Below are positions 1 to 14,258 of a stretch of DNA of 64,000 nt, one piece after another. Made by a program: the position numbers and the translations under genes. How positions within the stretch are numbered: position 1 is the stretch's first letter; each line of letters opens with the position of its first letter. The notes under the pieces were generated by a model. It worked only from the letters and a program-made list of their open reading frames with translations, did no database searches and had not been told where the DNA came from. The stretch covers positions 146,072,001 to 146,136,000 of the forward strand of contig NC_043000.1 in NCBI RefSeq assembly GCF_006345805.1, written 5' to 3'. Origin of the DNA: Octopus sinensis (taxonomy: Eukaryota).

Positions 1-84
1 AAAAATCACAGACTACAGCACATTTCTGTTAGCGAATATATCATATAGTTACTCATATGCACAAAAGATACGTACGTATAAATA

Positions 85-87
85 GGA

Positions 88-138
<51 letters not shown>

Positions 139-186
139 TAGATAGATAGATAGATAGATAGGTAGGTAGATAGGTAGATAGGTAGG

Positions 187-257
<71 letters not shown>

Positions 258-328
258 GTAGGTAGGTAGGTAGACAGATAGATAGATATTACATATATAA
301 TTATATGTGTGTGTATGTGGACGCGTGT

Positions 329-371
<43 letters not shown>

Positions 372-390
372 CGTGTGTGGGTGTGCATAA
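85..390. repeat. Compound microsatellite (AGAC)n/(AGAT)n/(AGGT)n/(GT)n
   Basis: Read directly; explains ORF 53..460. Confidence 0.95.
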
Positions 391-600
391 TATATTTTTC
401 ATTCTTAAACGAAAATATTATTGACTTCGAAGTTTCGGCCAGCCTGGGACTGCGATGCATTGAAGTTAATCTCGGTTTTATATAGTATCTCTCAAGTTAT
501 AATCTTCCGTGTGTATGTGGGTCTGAGTGGTGTGGTAATTAGATTATAGGGTGTATTGGGACAGAGTCGTATTTTGGAGAAACTGTATTGATTAAATTTG

Positions 601-720
601 GAGGGAGTGGCTGTGTGGTAAGTAGCTTGTTTACCAACCACATGGTTCCGGGTTCAATCCCACTGCGTGGCACCTTGGGCAAGTGTTTTCTACTATAGCC
701 CCGGGCCGACCAATGCCTGC
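601..720 (+). mobile_element. SINE family A, 5' tRNA-like head only
   Basis: GGAGTGGCTGTGTGGTAAG (A-box-like) and GGTTCAATCCC (B box); matches the reverse complement of the heads of copies at 7822-8222 and 15421-15835. Confidence 0.85.
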
Positions 721-737
721 AATGTTGGAGTTTCACC

Positions 738-1085
738 ATCTTTAGTCGAACAAGTCGACCTCAGGACTTATTCCTGGTAAGCCTAGTACATATTTTATCG
801 GTCACTTAGCCGAAGCGCTAGGTTACGTGTACGTAAACACATCAACATCGGTTGTCAAGTGATAGTGGGGGACAAACACAGACACATAAATAAACACACA
901 CAAACACACAAACACACAAACACACGATTATATATAATGTGGGTTTCTTTCGGTTTCCATCTATTAAATCCATTCACAAGGCTTTGTTCGGCCTGAGGCT
1001 ATAGTGGAAGACACTTGCCCAAGCTAACACGCAGTGGGACTGCGCCCCAAATAATGTGCTTGGGAAGCAAGCTTCTTACCACAAC
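738..1085 (-). mobile_element. SINE family A, diverged near full-length copy
   Basis: Colinear with 7822-8222, including the internal (CA)n tract. Confidence 0.85.
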
Positions 1086-1305
1086 ATTATACCTAATGAT
1101 TTCAGTAGGATCTGCCCTCCATACCCACAGTTTACACAGGTAGAGTAGAATAGTTAGTGGAGTGTTATGTAGATAGATGTATGCATGTGTCTGTGTGGGT
1201 GTGAGTGTATGGGTGTGTACACATGCATTTTTTGTATGTAAGCATATGGATATGAAAATAAACAGATCGACATGCAGACGGATAGGTACATAGGTTATAT
1301 GTACC

Positions 1306-1520
1306 TATGGCAGAAACGTTAGCACGCCGGGCGAAATGCGTAGCCGTATTTCGTCTGACGTTACGTTCTGAGTTCAAATTCCGCCGAGGTCGACTTTGCC
1401 TTTCATCCTTTCGGGGTCGATTAATCAGTTACGCACTGAGGTCGATATAATCGACTTAATCCGTTTGCCTGTCCTTGTTTGTCCTCTCTGTGTTTAGCCC
1501 CTTGTGGGTAGTTAAGAAAT
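1306..1520 (+). mobile_element. SINE family B (tRNA-like head; central domain GACTTTGCCTTTCATCCTTTCGGGGTCGAT, possibly Meta-domain-like)
   Basis: B box GAGTTCAAATTCC; many near-identical copies in the window. The Meta-domain resemblance is from memory and unverified. Confidence 0.9.
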
Positions 1521-1559
1521 ATGTACATATGAGATAAGAACAGACAAGCACACATACGC

Positions 1560-2206
1560 AATTGGAGACTGAAACACATGACCATATATATACACACACA
1601 CACTTTACTCCACACAAGGATACATATGGAGACACGGGTCCACACATATAGAGATGCACATCGATACATACAATCATGGTACATAGTTGCAAAGCACACA
1701 CACACACAGACTTGCACACACAGACTTGCACACACAAGAAGACAGAGGTGCATACATATACAAACACACGCTCACACACACACATACATAGAAAATACAC
1801 AAACACGGACATGCAAGCACATGAATATACAGAATACATACATACAGATATACATATATATATACATATGCATACATACACACACACATATATACATACA
1901 CACACATGTATACATACGCACATGCATGCATAGGCACACACAGACACTGACCCAAACACATGTGCACAAACAAACAAAAAGGAACGCACTGTAAATAACG
2001 ACAGAGTCAAGACTTCAAAAAGGTTGCAAGACGCAACGAAAATTTTAGGAAAGTAAAAATAAGAAATAAGTGGAAATTTTACCGGTGAGTGTGTTACATT
2101 ATAAGGCACAAAAAGAAAATGACTCCCTCCAGACACAACAGTATATTCACATTGGTATATACATATACACAAATATATATACATGCTTCCACACGGATAT
2201 ATATAT

Positions 2207-2252
<46 letters not shown>

Positions 2253-2431
2253 GAGAGAGAGGGGGAGAGTCGTACATAAACATATGTATATACCTATAAA
2301 ATATATACATATTTACAAACAGATATGTACGTATATATTTATATATATATATATATATTATATAATATATATATATATATCGGTATATGTATACATACAG
2401 TGGCATATGCATATATACATATATATCAATA

Positions 2432-2465
<34 letters not shown>

Positions 2466-2606
2466 CCTATACATATATACATACCTATACATATATACAC
2501 ATATTATATATACATATATACACACATATATACATCTATACATATATACATATATATATATACATATATATACACACATGTATACATATATATACATTAT
2601 ATATGT

Positions 2607-2640
<34 letters not shown>

Positions 2641-2810
2641 CGTATATATATACATACATATATACATATATTTACATATATATATGCTTGTATATTTATA
2701 TGTATGTATCTATGTACATATATGTACGTATGTATGCATACATGCACATATGCATGTATGTATGTATGTATGTATGTATGTATGTATGTATGTATGTATG
2801 TATGTATGCA
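1560..2810. repeat. Degenerate (CA)n/(TA)n/(TATG)n microsatellite field
   Basis: Read directly; source of the 318-aa and other low-complexity ORFs. Confidence 0.95.
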
Positions 2811-4004
2811 AACATGTATTTATGTTGTCATGCACACAAAGAAACAAAAGAAACGAATACTTACAAATCAAGTATCTTTTTATTTATTGAAAACGTTCCT
2901 TTAGTGTCTCAAAGAATCGATTTTACAAACACTGCAGCTCTATGTTTTTACATGTGTGCTGTTCTGACCGATGTTGTGAATATATGTAAAAGATTACAGA
3001 AGATTCAGGTTTTAGCTCCGGGGAGTAATTCGTTCAGTATATTGGCTAAAGTCGTTTATATGACTGTATTTGTTTTTAGATTTGCGAGACGTTCACCTTG
3101 TAGCTCTCTCGTACCGAGCAAGCGAAATCAATCAAAAGTTACCTCCTTAATTACTCTTCAACTTTGGTTGGCAAGAACTCTTTGTCGTCTATGGGGATGC
3201 TCCTTAGGTCGTGGCAGTAACTGAACGGTGCTACAAATATACATTGAAAGCCTACATCTATTCAGTTTCACAATTAGGCACTGTCGGTATTTCCCTAACC
3301 CTGTAAATTGTGTATGTGTTTGTTTGTCTGTATGTCTGTATGTTTCTATGTATGTATGTATGTATGAGAAAAAGGCCTAAAGAATGGGCATTATACATCT
3401 ACTTGTGCATTATACACTTACAAACTTTTCTGATTTTCAAATGAGGTGCATTCGTGTCTCGGCGTACGCACTCGATGAATTAATCAAATTAAGATAAAGA
3501 TAACGCTCGTTAGAATGTTATTATCGTCGGAGTCCAACATATCAGCTTCCAGAGTAAATGAGGATATGAAAATAGGAGAGAAGAAAAGAAGAGGGGTAAA
3601 GGGGAAAAAGGAAAGGTGGGGATAGATGAGAAAATGTCCCAATCATTCTATCTATATGTAAATATGCCGCCAGTTTCTAGAAAACACCCTTAAGCTATTG
3701 TTGTCCCTTACCAACGTCTTTAGAGGCCGGCTTGTGGCGAATTACCATGAGCTTTTGGACACTGTCAGTGATTATATTTTGGTAGCAATGGTATATGAGT
3801 TTCTTGGATTTGCAAGCCAAAGAGTTTCTAGTTATTTTAAATGGGAAGTATCAAACTCTATCTAATTAGTTACGGCAAATCCAATAAGTACAGGACGTTT
3901 AACAGTAAAAGAAGACTATACTGAGAGGCATAAAATAAAATAAATTATTACATGTAAGGTCACACCGCTACTAACACTACATGAGCTCTAAATATATGAC
4001 TAAA

Positions 4005-4345
4005 GGCGCATGGCTCAGTGGTTAGAGCGTCGAGCTTACGATCGTGAGGTTGTGAGCTCGAATCCCGGACCGGGCTGCGTGTTGTGTTCTTGAGCAAGGC
4101 ACTTTATTTCACGTTGCTCCAGTTCACTCAGCTGTAGAAATGAGTTGCGACGTCACTGGTGCCAAGCTGTATCGACCTTTGTCGTTCCCTTGGATAACAC
4201 TGGTGGCGTGGAGAGGGGAGGCTGGTATGCATGGGCGACTGCTGGTCTTCCATAAAAAAAACAACCTTGCCCGGACTTGTGTCTAGGAGGGCAACTTTCT
4301 AGGTGCAATCCCATGGTCATTCATGACCGAAGGGGGTCTTTACCC
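4005..4345 (+). mobile_element. SINE family C, full-length tRNA-derived SINE
   Basis: GGCGCATGGCTCAGTGGTTAGAGC (A box), GAGCTCGAATCCC (B box), then CTTGAGCAAGGCACTT core-like segment and a unique 3' body. Confidence 0.8.
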
Positions 4346-4639
4346 TGTTGTTAGCACAACCACAATGCTATGCTAAGCTCTGATGCATAAATAAAGTGGT
4401 ATAGTTAACGTCTCTGGTGTTAAGTGAAGATAAAAAATAATATAAAATACAATTAAGTAAAATGCATCGAACAAGATAAAATAGATTAGAGATACGATGA
4501 AATAAAAAAAAACAAGCCCAAGCAACATATTATAAGAGAAGTAAACTAAAATGAAAATAAAATGACAAAGTAAGGGGATTGATATTTGCAAGCAAAAATT
4601 AGCAATAAAAAATACTAATGAAAATACTAATTTTAAATT

Positions 4640-4800
4640 TTGGTACAAGGCTAGCAATTTTGGAGGAGGAGATAACTCGATTATATCGGCCCCAGTGCTC
4701 AACCGCGAAAGGAAAAATCGATTATATCGGCCCCAGTGCTCAACCGCAAAAGGAAAAATCGACCCCCACGGGATTTGAACTCAACGTAATGACGGACGAA
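4640..4800 (-). mobile_element. SINE family B, degenerate, with internal 41-bp tandem duplication (4678-4759)
   Basis: GATTATATCGGCCCCAGTGCTCAACC occurs twice; GGATTTGAACTCAACGTAA matches the family B reverse strand. Confidence 0.7.
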
Positions 4801-5427
4801 TTATTTGTTTTGTTCCTTTTGAATTATGACCTATTTTAAGCAGGTGACAATAAAAATTACTTCTGCGATTTGTTTGTATGTTTAAGGTAATCTCAATCTA
4901 CTGAGGTATTCTGACCCCATCAGACTGATTGTCATATATGTACATACATCTTGTTGACACCAATTTTGTCAATCATATATTCACACACGACAGATGCAGC
5001 TTTATGTAAAGCCAAGCGCACGCGCGCGCAGACATGCACAAGCAAAGACACACAGACACACAAACACATACACACATATATGTAAGGGATTTATTAGGAC
5101 GAAAAAGGATTCTGATGTTCAATTGAATGAATTACTTATGAATTAATTGAATTGATATGAAAGTGGCTGAGCTGTCCACTTTGTCGTTCACTTTCAATAT
5201 ATTTCTCGTGCAGTCTTAAGATGATACAGTGTATGGACAATCTTAACGTTTGATTTGCAGATATGACACATCCGACTAGCTCACATGTACACGACAATAT
5301 TTCCGTCAACACAGTTTCACTTAAAATGTGTATGAAACAGTAGAGGACCAAGACAAAACGATGCTTTCCATTTGTTATAAACGTGGGATTGGCCCTTTAT
5401 TGAAGTACATTTTTTCACCCATCACAT

Positions 5428-5655
5428 ACCTATTTCTTTACTACCCACAAGGGGCCAAACATAGAGGGGACAAACAAGGACAGACAGGCGGATCTAGTCG
5501 ATTATATCGACCCCAGTGCGTAACTGGTACTTAATTTATCGATCCCGAAAGGATGAAAGGCAAAGTCGACCTCGGCGGAATTTGAACTCAGAACGTAACG
5601 GCAGACGAAATACGTCTACGCATTTCACCGGCGTGCTAACGTTTCTGCCAGCTCT
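5428..5655 (-). mobile_element. SINE family B
   Basis: Reverse complement of 1306-1520 over its full length. Confidence 0.9.
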
Positions 5656-7821
5656 CTCATATTCTCTTACCCCCTCTCTTCCTTGTACTGTATTCTTCTT
5701 TGTTAGCCCAAGTATTCATATTTGCGTGCTGGTGCATTTAGTGACCTTCGTTATTCTTTTGAGTTGTATTTTTCAATTGTGAAGCTGATAAATGATACCG
5801 GCGGCGTTTGCTTTCGGCATTGTGTTATATGTTCACGTAATCTATGTCCGCTAAACTCACGAAACGTATATATTCCACGACGTTCCCTTTATGCATGAAT
5901 GTGTGTGTGTGTGTGTGTGTGGTGTGTGTGTGTGTGTGTGTTTATGCAGGCAAATATACACAGATTCACACAAACACACATATACATTCACAAAATTGCA
6001 CACGCATATCCATAAATATGCTGTAGGCCCGGAAAGTAAGTACGTTATAATGACATTTCCTACCTGCCGCATCTTGCACAAATGTGTTCTCTTTAAGTCT
6101 AGTCTCGTGTTGAACACATTGTTTGTCAATGTAACTAGGTATCAGGATATGAATACAGGCCCATCAGTGAGAACTGTACCTGTAGTTCGAAAGCACAGCT
6201 TTGTAACACACAATGGCTGATTCTTCTTTAGGGTAATGTTGAGTATAGCTGTATGTATTCAATAGTCAAACACTTACACACTCATTCAGAAAGTAATTCA
6301 TTTGGTCGGATTAGACTGGCTCAACCGTCCGTCCATCCACCCACCCATCCATCCATTCCTCCATCCATCCATCTATTCATGCATCCGTCAATGCATTCAT
6401 CCATCCAGCCACCCATTCGCTCATATCAATAGATGGAGCCAGAAGAGGAGAGAGAGAGAGAGAGAGAGATACATACATCTATACATGTACTTGCAGCTTT
6501 CTATCTAAAACTATATGCGTACGTAGACATAAACACCGGGGACACACACACACACATACACACACACACACACACACAGACACTTATTACCACATACACA
6601 CGCGCGCACACACATATTCATACACACGTTAGTATGTACAGCATATTAAAGATTTTATACACGTAAACTAGATTGTGAGTCTTTCGTTCGTCTATACTAA
6701 TGTATATATACATTCGATATGCATGTTGCAGCTTGAAATATATTTCTTCCATGCGGTGCTGCTAATATACGTAGCCTTTTTGGACATCAAAATCAACATG
6801 GAATGTTCATCCTTAGGGCATTTACCAGTTGCACAAATATGATAAATACTGTTCTGTAATATTTTGCTGAAAAGATGATATTCTTCTATTGATTATTTCA
6901 AATAAATATGTCGATAAGCCATAAAAGTGCTTGCAGGCATGCTCAAATTCTTTATACGAAAAATATTGAAGGAATTAGGATTTAAAGGACACTGTATTAC
7001 CTTTAGAATTTCCAGCGTTTTCGCTGAATTGATAGTTTTGAAATGCCTCCCTTAGTTGTTGAAGATTTAGCTGTAATTTTAGAGTTATTTTGCTTTCATA
7101 TTTAGTGCTGAAAGTGACAGCTTTGCGTTTCTTTACTGGAAGTTCATACTGACATCAAGAATATCTTTAACATATATATCTTTTGAGTTTCTTCATTTAT
7201 ATAATGAAATCAAACTGTGTGTTAGCCAGTTCAATCTTTATAAGCTGCCATATTACCTACACATGTACATACATGGTCCTAGAGTGGAATGAAGTGAGCT
7301 AAAAAAGACCTGTCACAATTAAAAGTGTGCTTGTGATGTTCTTATTTTCTAATGATATTATCAGAACTTGCATGTTATTTCTTTACCCTCAGGGTAATAT
7401 TGCTTACGACACGTACGTCATTTTTGCTCTAGGCGGTACGTGCTATTGATTCTGAATTAATTTCAAGTTAATTTTTCAACAACTTATGGAAAAGCTTCAT
7501 CTTTACATTCCCTAACAAATGATTATTGTACAACTAGAAACTACCAGTGATCAACATATTATTTTGAGATAGGTTAATAATTTGACTAGATCTTACTAAT
7601 ATATATTCCGCGAAATAAGGATCTGTTTCCATAAAAGAACTGTAATTGGGTTATTATGTTCTTATTGCATTTAAATATTTCGTAGCACTGATATATATTT
7701 ATTAACAAGAAACTAAGTAATCAAATATTGCTTGCACACTCAAATTTGAATGGATAAACAAAATCTCATTTATAAAACATTTGAGGAATATGCCATTGGA
7801 TGGAGAATTTTATTTCTCTTT

Positions 7822-8222
7822 ACTCTTTTATTTGTTTCAATCATTCGACTGCGGCCATGCTGGAGCACCGCCTTTAGTCGAGCAACTCGACCCCGGGACT
7901 TATTCTTTGTAAGCCCAGTACTTATTCTATCGGTCTCTTTCGCCGAACCGCTAAGTGACGGGGACGTAAACACACCAGCATCGGTTGTCAAGCAATGCTA
8001 GGGGGACAAACACAGACACACAAACACACACACATACACACATATATATGTATACATATAAACGACAGGCTTCTTTCAGTTTCCGTCTACCAAATCCACT
8101 CACAAGGCATTGGTCGGCCCGGGGCTATAGCAGAAGACACTTGCCCAAGATGCCACGCAGTGGGACTGAACCCGGAATCATGTGGTTCGTTAGCAAGCTA
8201 TTTACCACACAGCCACTCATGC
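7822..8222 (-). mobile_element. SINE family A, full length
   Basis: tRNA-like head at ~8130-8220, internal CA/TA tract, 3' end GGCGGTGCTCCAGCATGGCCGCAG. Confidence 0.9.
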
Positions 8223-8951
8223 TAATTTCAAAAAAATTTAAAATGTGTTGTATATTACTAATAGCATAAATTGGGTTTCCATTTTTTTAAATATGTAATT
8301 TTAAGTAGCAAGCACTCAAATATACATTTCGTATATATTTTTGTATCAAAGTGTCTTCCAGTGGCTATTACATAGATGTTTGTTACAAAGTCATTAATAT
8401 ACATGAATCTGCAGAACACTAGAATAAATCCAACTGAGTTGCATATAAAATATTTTAATTTGCATAGCTTGTAACCTTAACAATACTGCGAAACCCCAAC
8501 AGATAATACGATAGGAAAACCCAAATATAAAATTCCTACTAATTTCGTCTCTTCAAATGTTATTATACACAATTTTAAATTTTGATAGCATTTCCTCAAA
8601 TATACTATATTTTCCTTTCAGGTGATGTCGGCTTTTTAATGAGATACGCCTGCATGTTATCATTTACAACGATCTACTGATCATAATATATCTGGAATCC
8701 ACCTGTATTAAAAACCATCCACTATACTACATGATAAAATGCGAAGTTACATACTGCTTACTATTTCACATATTTCCAATTAATTTTATCATTTATATGC
8801 TTGAAATGGGGAATATCTAAATTGGAAATATCTAAATTATTGAAGGCTATAACATACTAATTAGAAATGATAGAGTCGGTAAAAGTTATCAATTATACAC
8901 TACTGCTGCAACAGTACACACACTCACACACATACGCATACACACCCACAG

Positions 8952-8988
<37 letters not shown>

Positions 8989-8999
8989 GACGCACACGC

Positions 9000-9235
9000 A
9001 TACATATTCCTTTATTCTTGTTTAACCATTTAATTGCGGTCATGCTCGAGCACTGCTTCGAAGGGTTTTAGTTGATGAAATCGACCCTTATAAAGGCTTG
9101 TACTTATTCTACCGATCTCTTTCTTCCATATCCCTTGGTTAGGTTAGAGGAACGTATATACACCAACAGCGGTTATCAAGCAGTGATGGCAGATAAGCAC
9201 AGAGACGAACACATACGAGCTACTTTCAGTTATCG
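9000..9235 (-). mobile_element. SINE family A, degenerate 3' half
   Basis: GCGGTCATGCTCGAGCACTGC and ACCAACAGCGGTTATCAAGC align with family A. Confidence 0.6.
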
Positions 9236-9792
9236 TCTAGTAATTCCACTTATAAAGCATATATTTATATATATATATATATAGATTATATAATCTTCAA
9301 CAAATAGGCAGTATCTTCGTCGCTGAAATTAAAGTGCCTCAAAAGGGAAATATCTGGCACTGAGTCACAATAGTTCTCTTTACTTGGGTCCAGCATAAAT
9401 GTAGATAACAAGTGTAACAATTCCATATTCTCATTCTCAAAAATATAGGTGCATTATTTTGTGTTATCTAGATAATCACAGATTTTATTATTATTCTTAT
9501 GAGCAAGGAGTTTACTAAAGGCGATACTATTCTTAGATTTCTTCTATAGAACCATATATATTTAAGAATATAACTGCTTTGTGCATTTATTTCTGTTTCG
9601 CTAAATGAATAAATTTAAAGAGATTTTAAGATTTAATGAAGCATTTTGTAACTAGAATTATTGCAGTCGTTGCTCGACGACAGATCTTTCCTCGCTCCTT
9701 GTCTTTATATTAACAGATATCTTGTTATTTATGAATTCATTTACTTTTAATTATAATATCATTGTATATAATGTATATAATGTATATTGATA

Positions 9793-9924
9793 CAGGGTGA
9801 TTCAAAAGTCAGCATACATAGGAAAAATTAATTTTATTATAAGAAACAGTTAAATAAAAAAAAAACTATTTCTTATTTTAAAAAATTAATTGTTCATATG
9901 TATGGTGAATTTTTAATCACCCTG
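9793..9924. mobile_element. Tc1/mariner-type MITE (132 bp)
   Basis: 28-bp TIRs CAGGGTGATTCAAAAGTCAGCATACATA / reverse complement CAGGGTGATTAAAAATTCACCATACATA; TA on the left flank, TG on the right. Confidence 0.8.
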
Positions 9925-10090
9925 TGCGATTATTTCTTTTAATTACGTTATTATATTTTTTTTCTTTTCGTATATTAACAGAGGCATGTATGTGCTTATG
10001 CATATTTTGTAATATGTGTGTGTGTACGTATGTGTCTGTGTATTTGTGTATGTGCGTGTGTTTGTGTGTGTGCGCGTGTATGTGTGGATG

Positions 10091-10124
<34 letters not shown>

Positions 10125-10279
10125 AAATATTTGGAAATAAATCCAAACTTGTGTTATACTAATTATCTTTTTTTAATAATTTTGATATATATTTAAATAA
10201 TATAAATTAATTAATCATATGTATTGGCTTGAGTTTTTCATTGTATGATTTGCCTAATAGTGGTTTTATCTCTAATTTA

Positions 10280-10354
<75 letters not shown>

Positions 10355-10911
10355 TCAAACAGTACATACATAAACACACAGATACGTTTGTGTGTGTGTA
10401 CACTAAGCGAATACACAGTAAATTATCTGAACCTTTATATACATATCCCTTGGTCTAAGCCACAATCCAGACCTTCCTTAATAAGCAATTCTCCATCAGC
10501 ACTGTTACCATAAACATTTCAAATAGAAATATTGTAAACATCCTAGTTTTACATTTGATAGACTGCAAAATAGTGTTTTGCTAAATTGAAGCTAACACAG
10601 ATTATACTAGATCTAATGCAACTAATAACTAAAACTATGCATGAAAGAATTATAGCATATATAGTAATAGTATTATCGACCAATCCTGGAACTGGATGCT
10701 GATAGGTATCTTTCCTTTTATGCTTGTGGTTGTGTGAATAATTGCATATTACACATTAAAGGTCGTGCACTATGCGAATACATATTAAACAACCAGAACT
10801 TTTAGACCTATCCATAAGGAATTTTTTTTTCGCTTTGCATAAGAAATAGGCCACACACATATAATAAAGGTTAGAATGTATATTTAATTCTAATATCTAC
10901 TACTCTTTAAA

Positions 10912-11120
10912 GGCAGTGAGCAGGCAAAATCGTTACTGCACCTGACAAAGTGCTTTGTAGCATTTCTTCCGACTACGTTCTGAGTTCATATGTCACCTGA
11001 GTAGGCATGACACTCATCCTTTCGCGGTCGATGAACTAAGCATCTGCAGAGCATTGGGGTCGATGAAATCGACTTACCTCTCCCACAAAATTGCTGGCTT
11101 TGTCCCAAAATTTGAAACCA
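10912..11120 (+). mobile_element. SINE family B, degenerate
   Basis: ACGTTCTGAGTTCA...CATCCTTTCGCGGTCGAT...GGGGTCGATGAAATCGAC. Confidence 0.7.
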
Positions 11121-11789
11121 ATATGTAGTACTCTTAATGCTTATATGTTTTATCACATGGTTTGCTAATAAATATTGTTACAGTTATACTTACACAGAAT
11201 GCTTACAGTTATATTCCATATTACTACTGATTTTTCGAATTATACTTAAGTCTAGATAGTTTTAAATAAATAGCAATTATATAAGGAAATTTCAAATGTT
11301 GAACTTATTTAGATTTTAACTAGTGTTTGCTGTTGTATATATCTTGATGTTTAATTTTAAACCATAACACGCAGAAGCTAATATTATATTGGATTTAAAA
11401 TTTGATTATGTTTTTTAATGTATTTTATTAATGATTTTTCCTCTCATTAGAATTTATTACAGTTATTCATAATGACAATGATAATAACACATAATACCAA
11501 AGTGAGAATATTTAATAATTATTATACATTAACTAGGATAGACTGTGGTTTTACAAATGTATCCAAATTGTTCATATGAACTCAGAGTTATTTATAATAA
11601 TTAATAATTGTTCATAAATATACAGTTGCCTATGATATGAATACTATTATAAGAACTTACTATTTTACCATAGAATGTTGCATTTCAAATTGTGCAGACA
11701 TGAGAAATATTAAGTACTATGTGATATTTTCTTCTTTTAAAGCTTTAGGAATAAAACATTGCAGCTAAGAACTATATACTAGCATATTA

Positions 11790-12260
11790 CAGGGTTTTCG
11801 GGCAACATTTGACACTTTGCATATATCCCGCCTCTCCACGGCCTCAAGAAAGCTCCGGAAGCTGGCACATGCCTTCCTCACTGTATCCTTGAGAGGTTCT
11901 TGGGACACTTCCTTGGTCTTGGCTGCCAGGATGTTCTGGCGTTAAAGCAGAGCTGAAGGTGTCGTCCTGAACAGCACCCGAAAACATAGTATCCCATGGC
12001 ATTGCAATCGGAGGGAATGGGCAGGCTACAGATTGGGACGCTTGAAGTAGTAGAAATCCTCTCACAACCACTTCCCGTGGTATGGCAACGATCTAATCCT
12101 CCTACCACACATATAGACTTCCAACAACAACCGTCTCCAACCCAGTGTTGATCACAGTTTCCAGCAGGGTTACACATCCATCTGAACTGAGATTAAGGTC
12201 ATATTCAAGGATGTGGAGGTGAACTCCGTCGGGCAGTATCAGTCAGGATACCTGCTGTGT
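11790..12260 (-). pseudogene. maT/DD37D-like Tc1-mariner transposase, C-terminal remnant with one TIR
   Basis: Frameshifted translation gives LLETVI.W, YVW.ED, SDCNAMGYYVFG (cf. SPDCNPMDYYVFG) and DTVRKACASFRSFLEAV; ends in TA-CAGGGTTTTCGGGCAAC at 11788. Confidence 0.75.
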
Positions 12261-13049
12261 CCCATACTGCTAGCCATGGCCTCGTAGTTTCTGCTGTAGC
12301 TATCGATCTCACGTATTTCAACCTTTATAGTGTTCATAGATCAGCAGTCATAATTTAGGCATTTTGATATATGGCGCAAATCATCAAGATACAGGTAACT
12401 CTTTCCCAATACTCGGACAGAGTCCAGTTCGCCGTGCCAACTATCTTTATCTCAGTTACAAGATTAATATTTATGCCCTCCAAATCCGTGGATTGCTCAC
12501 CAATATATAAAGCCGTTCTTGATAAAGGAAGGCAAAAAGTCGTCAAATTTAGCTCGAGAAATTTGTACTATGCACGGAAGAATGGCAGAGTGATTGAATT
12601 ATTAGCCTTACGCTGTTTATTTGGGCTCTTTACTTTCTGACTTTAAAACCTAACTTAATCAACGTTGACTTTCATCCCTCGTTTATCGATAACATAAAAT
12701 AGCAATCAAATCCTGGATTTAAAATAATCGAATTACGCCCTTCCCTTACAAATCACTAACCTTACCGCTAAGTTACAAAAGCTTTTAATATGCAAATGGA
12801 GATGAGTTTACACACTTTTATTAAAGTAAGATCTATACGCGTCACTATTAATTGATTTTTATCAAATATTAATAATCCATTTATTACATTCATAGACGAC
12901 AATATATTAGTTTACTTTAGAAGGATCTGTTCAGTAGTTAATTAATATGGAACAGCGGTTGCTATGTCTAAACTCGTACTACTATCTGAGATTGATTATA
13001 TTTTGGTGTATTATGCCGCCAATTATTTATCTGTGCGTGTGTATAGTTG

Positions 13050-13400
13050 CACGATTACGATGCATACTTGGCAACCACACGCGTTTGGTTTCACTCCCAC
13101 TGTACAGCAGCTGAGGAAATTGACTTCTATATTAATTGTTCAGTAACGCGTTGAGTGAAGCTAATGCACAGAAACTGTATAAACGTCTGTCGTGTCCATC
13201 TATTTACCTTTATACATACGTTTTGTTTGTGTCGGTCTGTTTGTCGTTCCACCGCTTCACAACTAGTGTTGATTAGTTAACGTAAGCGTCACTGAGCTGT
13301 TTAACAAAAGAGACCGATATAATAACAGCCAAAATAAATGATAGAAGTCTGAGCACCAGCTTGGTCGCTGTCCAATGCTTGAAAATAATTAAGGATTAGA
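13050..13400 (+). mobile_element. SINE family A, highly degenerate
   Basis: AACCACACGCGTTTGGTTTCACTCCCACTG head remnant; AAAAGAGACCGATATAATAA body remnant. Confidence 0.5.
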
Positions 13401-14126
13401 TGATGACAGCAACACGATCTCAGGTGTCGTTTGACTGTTCTCTTAAAAATGACCAACCCTGATGTTGCTTTTCTGTACTACTAGAAACCTATTCATTTTT
13501 GCATAGGTATGGCAACTTCGGTGCCTCTTGTAGTATTTGTCCAAAGAGCTAACCGCCCACGTCATGATTTAAATTTTACATGTATATTTTGAAGACATAG
13601 TTTAAAACGACGTCTTTTGTAAAATCAGGAATTAATATTGTAACATACTCTTTATTTCAGATATAACAATATAATAACCTAATATACGATGCTGGAGATT
13701 TTAACTTATTTAATTAGAATGCTAAGACAGTATTTAAATCTAGCGGACAGATATTTTTTTCTTATCAGAAATTTTTAACAATGTTTATATATGCAGGTTG
13801 TGTTTTGTTATCAGTAAATTTTGTATGAATAAGAATAACATTATGAATTATTCGATACTGCCTCAGAAGAAACTTTGTAAGAAATTTTGAAACATCTACT
13901 TCAAACATCGAGCCTTTATTTACACATACACACACATAAGTATACACACTCATACACAGGCACACACACGTATTTACACACACACACATATATAGATATA
14001 GATATATACATATAAATACATATAAATACATATATATATACATATAAATATATATATATGTATATATATATATATACATATAAATACATATATATATATA
14101 TAATATATATATATATATACTTATCA

Positions 14127-14171
<45 letters not shown>

Positions 14172-14195
14172 ATACATACACATATACATACATAA

Positions 14196-14258
<63 letters not shown>

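Noticed and set aside
1456-2904. Long ORFs (318 aa, 206 aa and others) rich in Y/I/H/T/C/V
   Set aside because: Translations of TA/CA/TATG microsatellites; the same holds for ORFs at 13765-14209, 16361-17049, 26631-28413, 41047-42874 and 53310-53707.
4005-4080. tRNA gene
   Set aside because: A and B boxes are present but the sequence continues into a SINE body and lacks a proper acceptor stem; the same applies to other SINE heads.
4678-4759. 41-bp tandem duplication
   Set aside because: Ordinary slippage duplication inside a decayed SINE.
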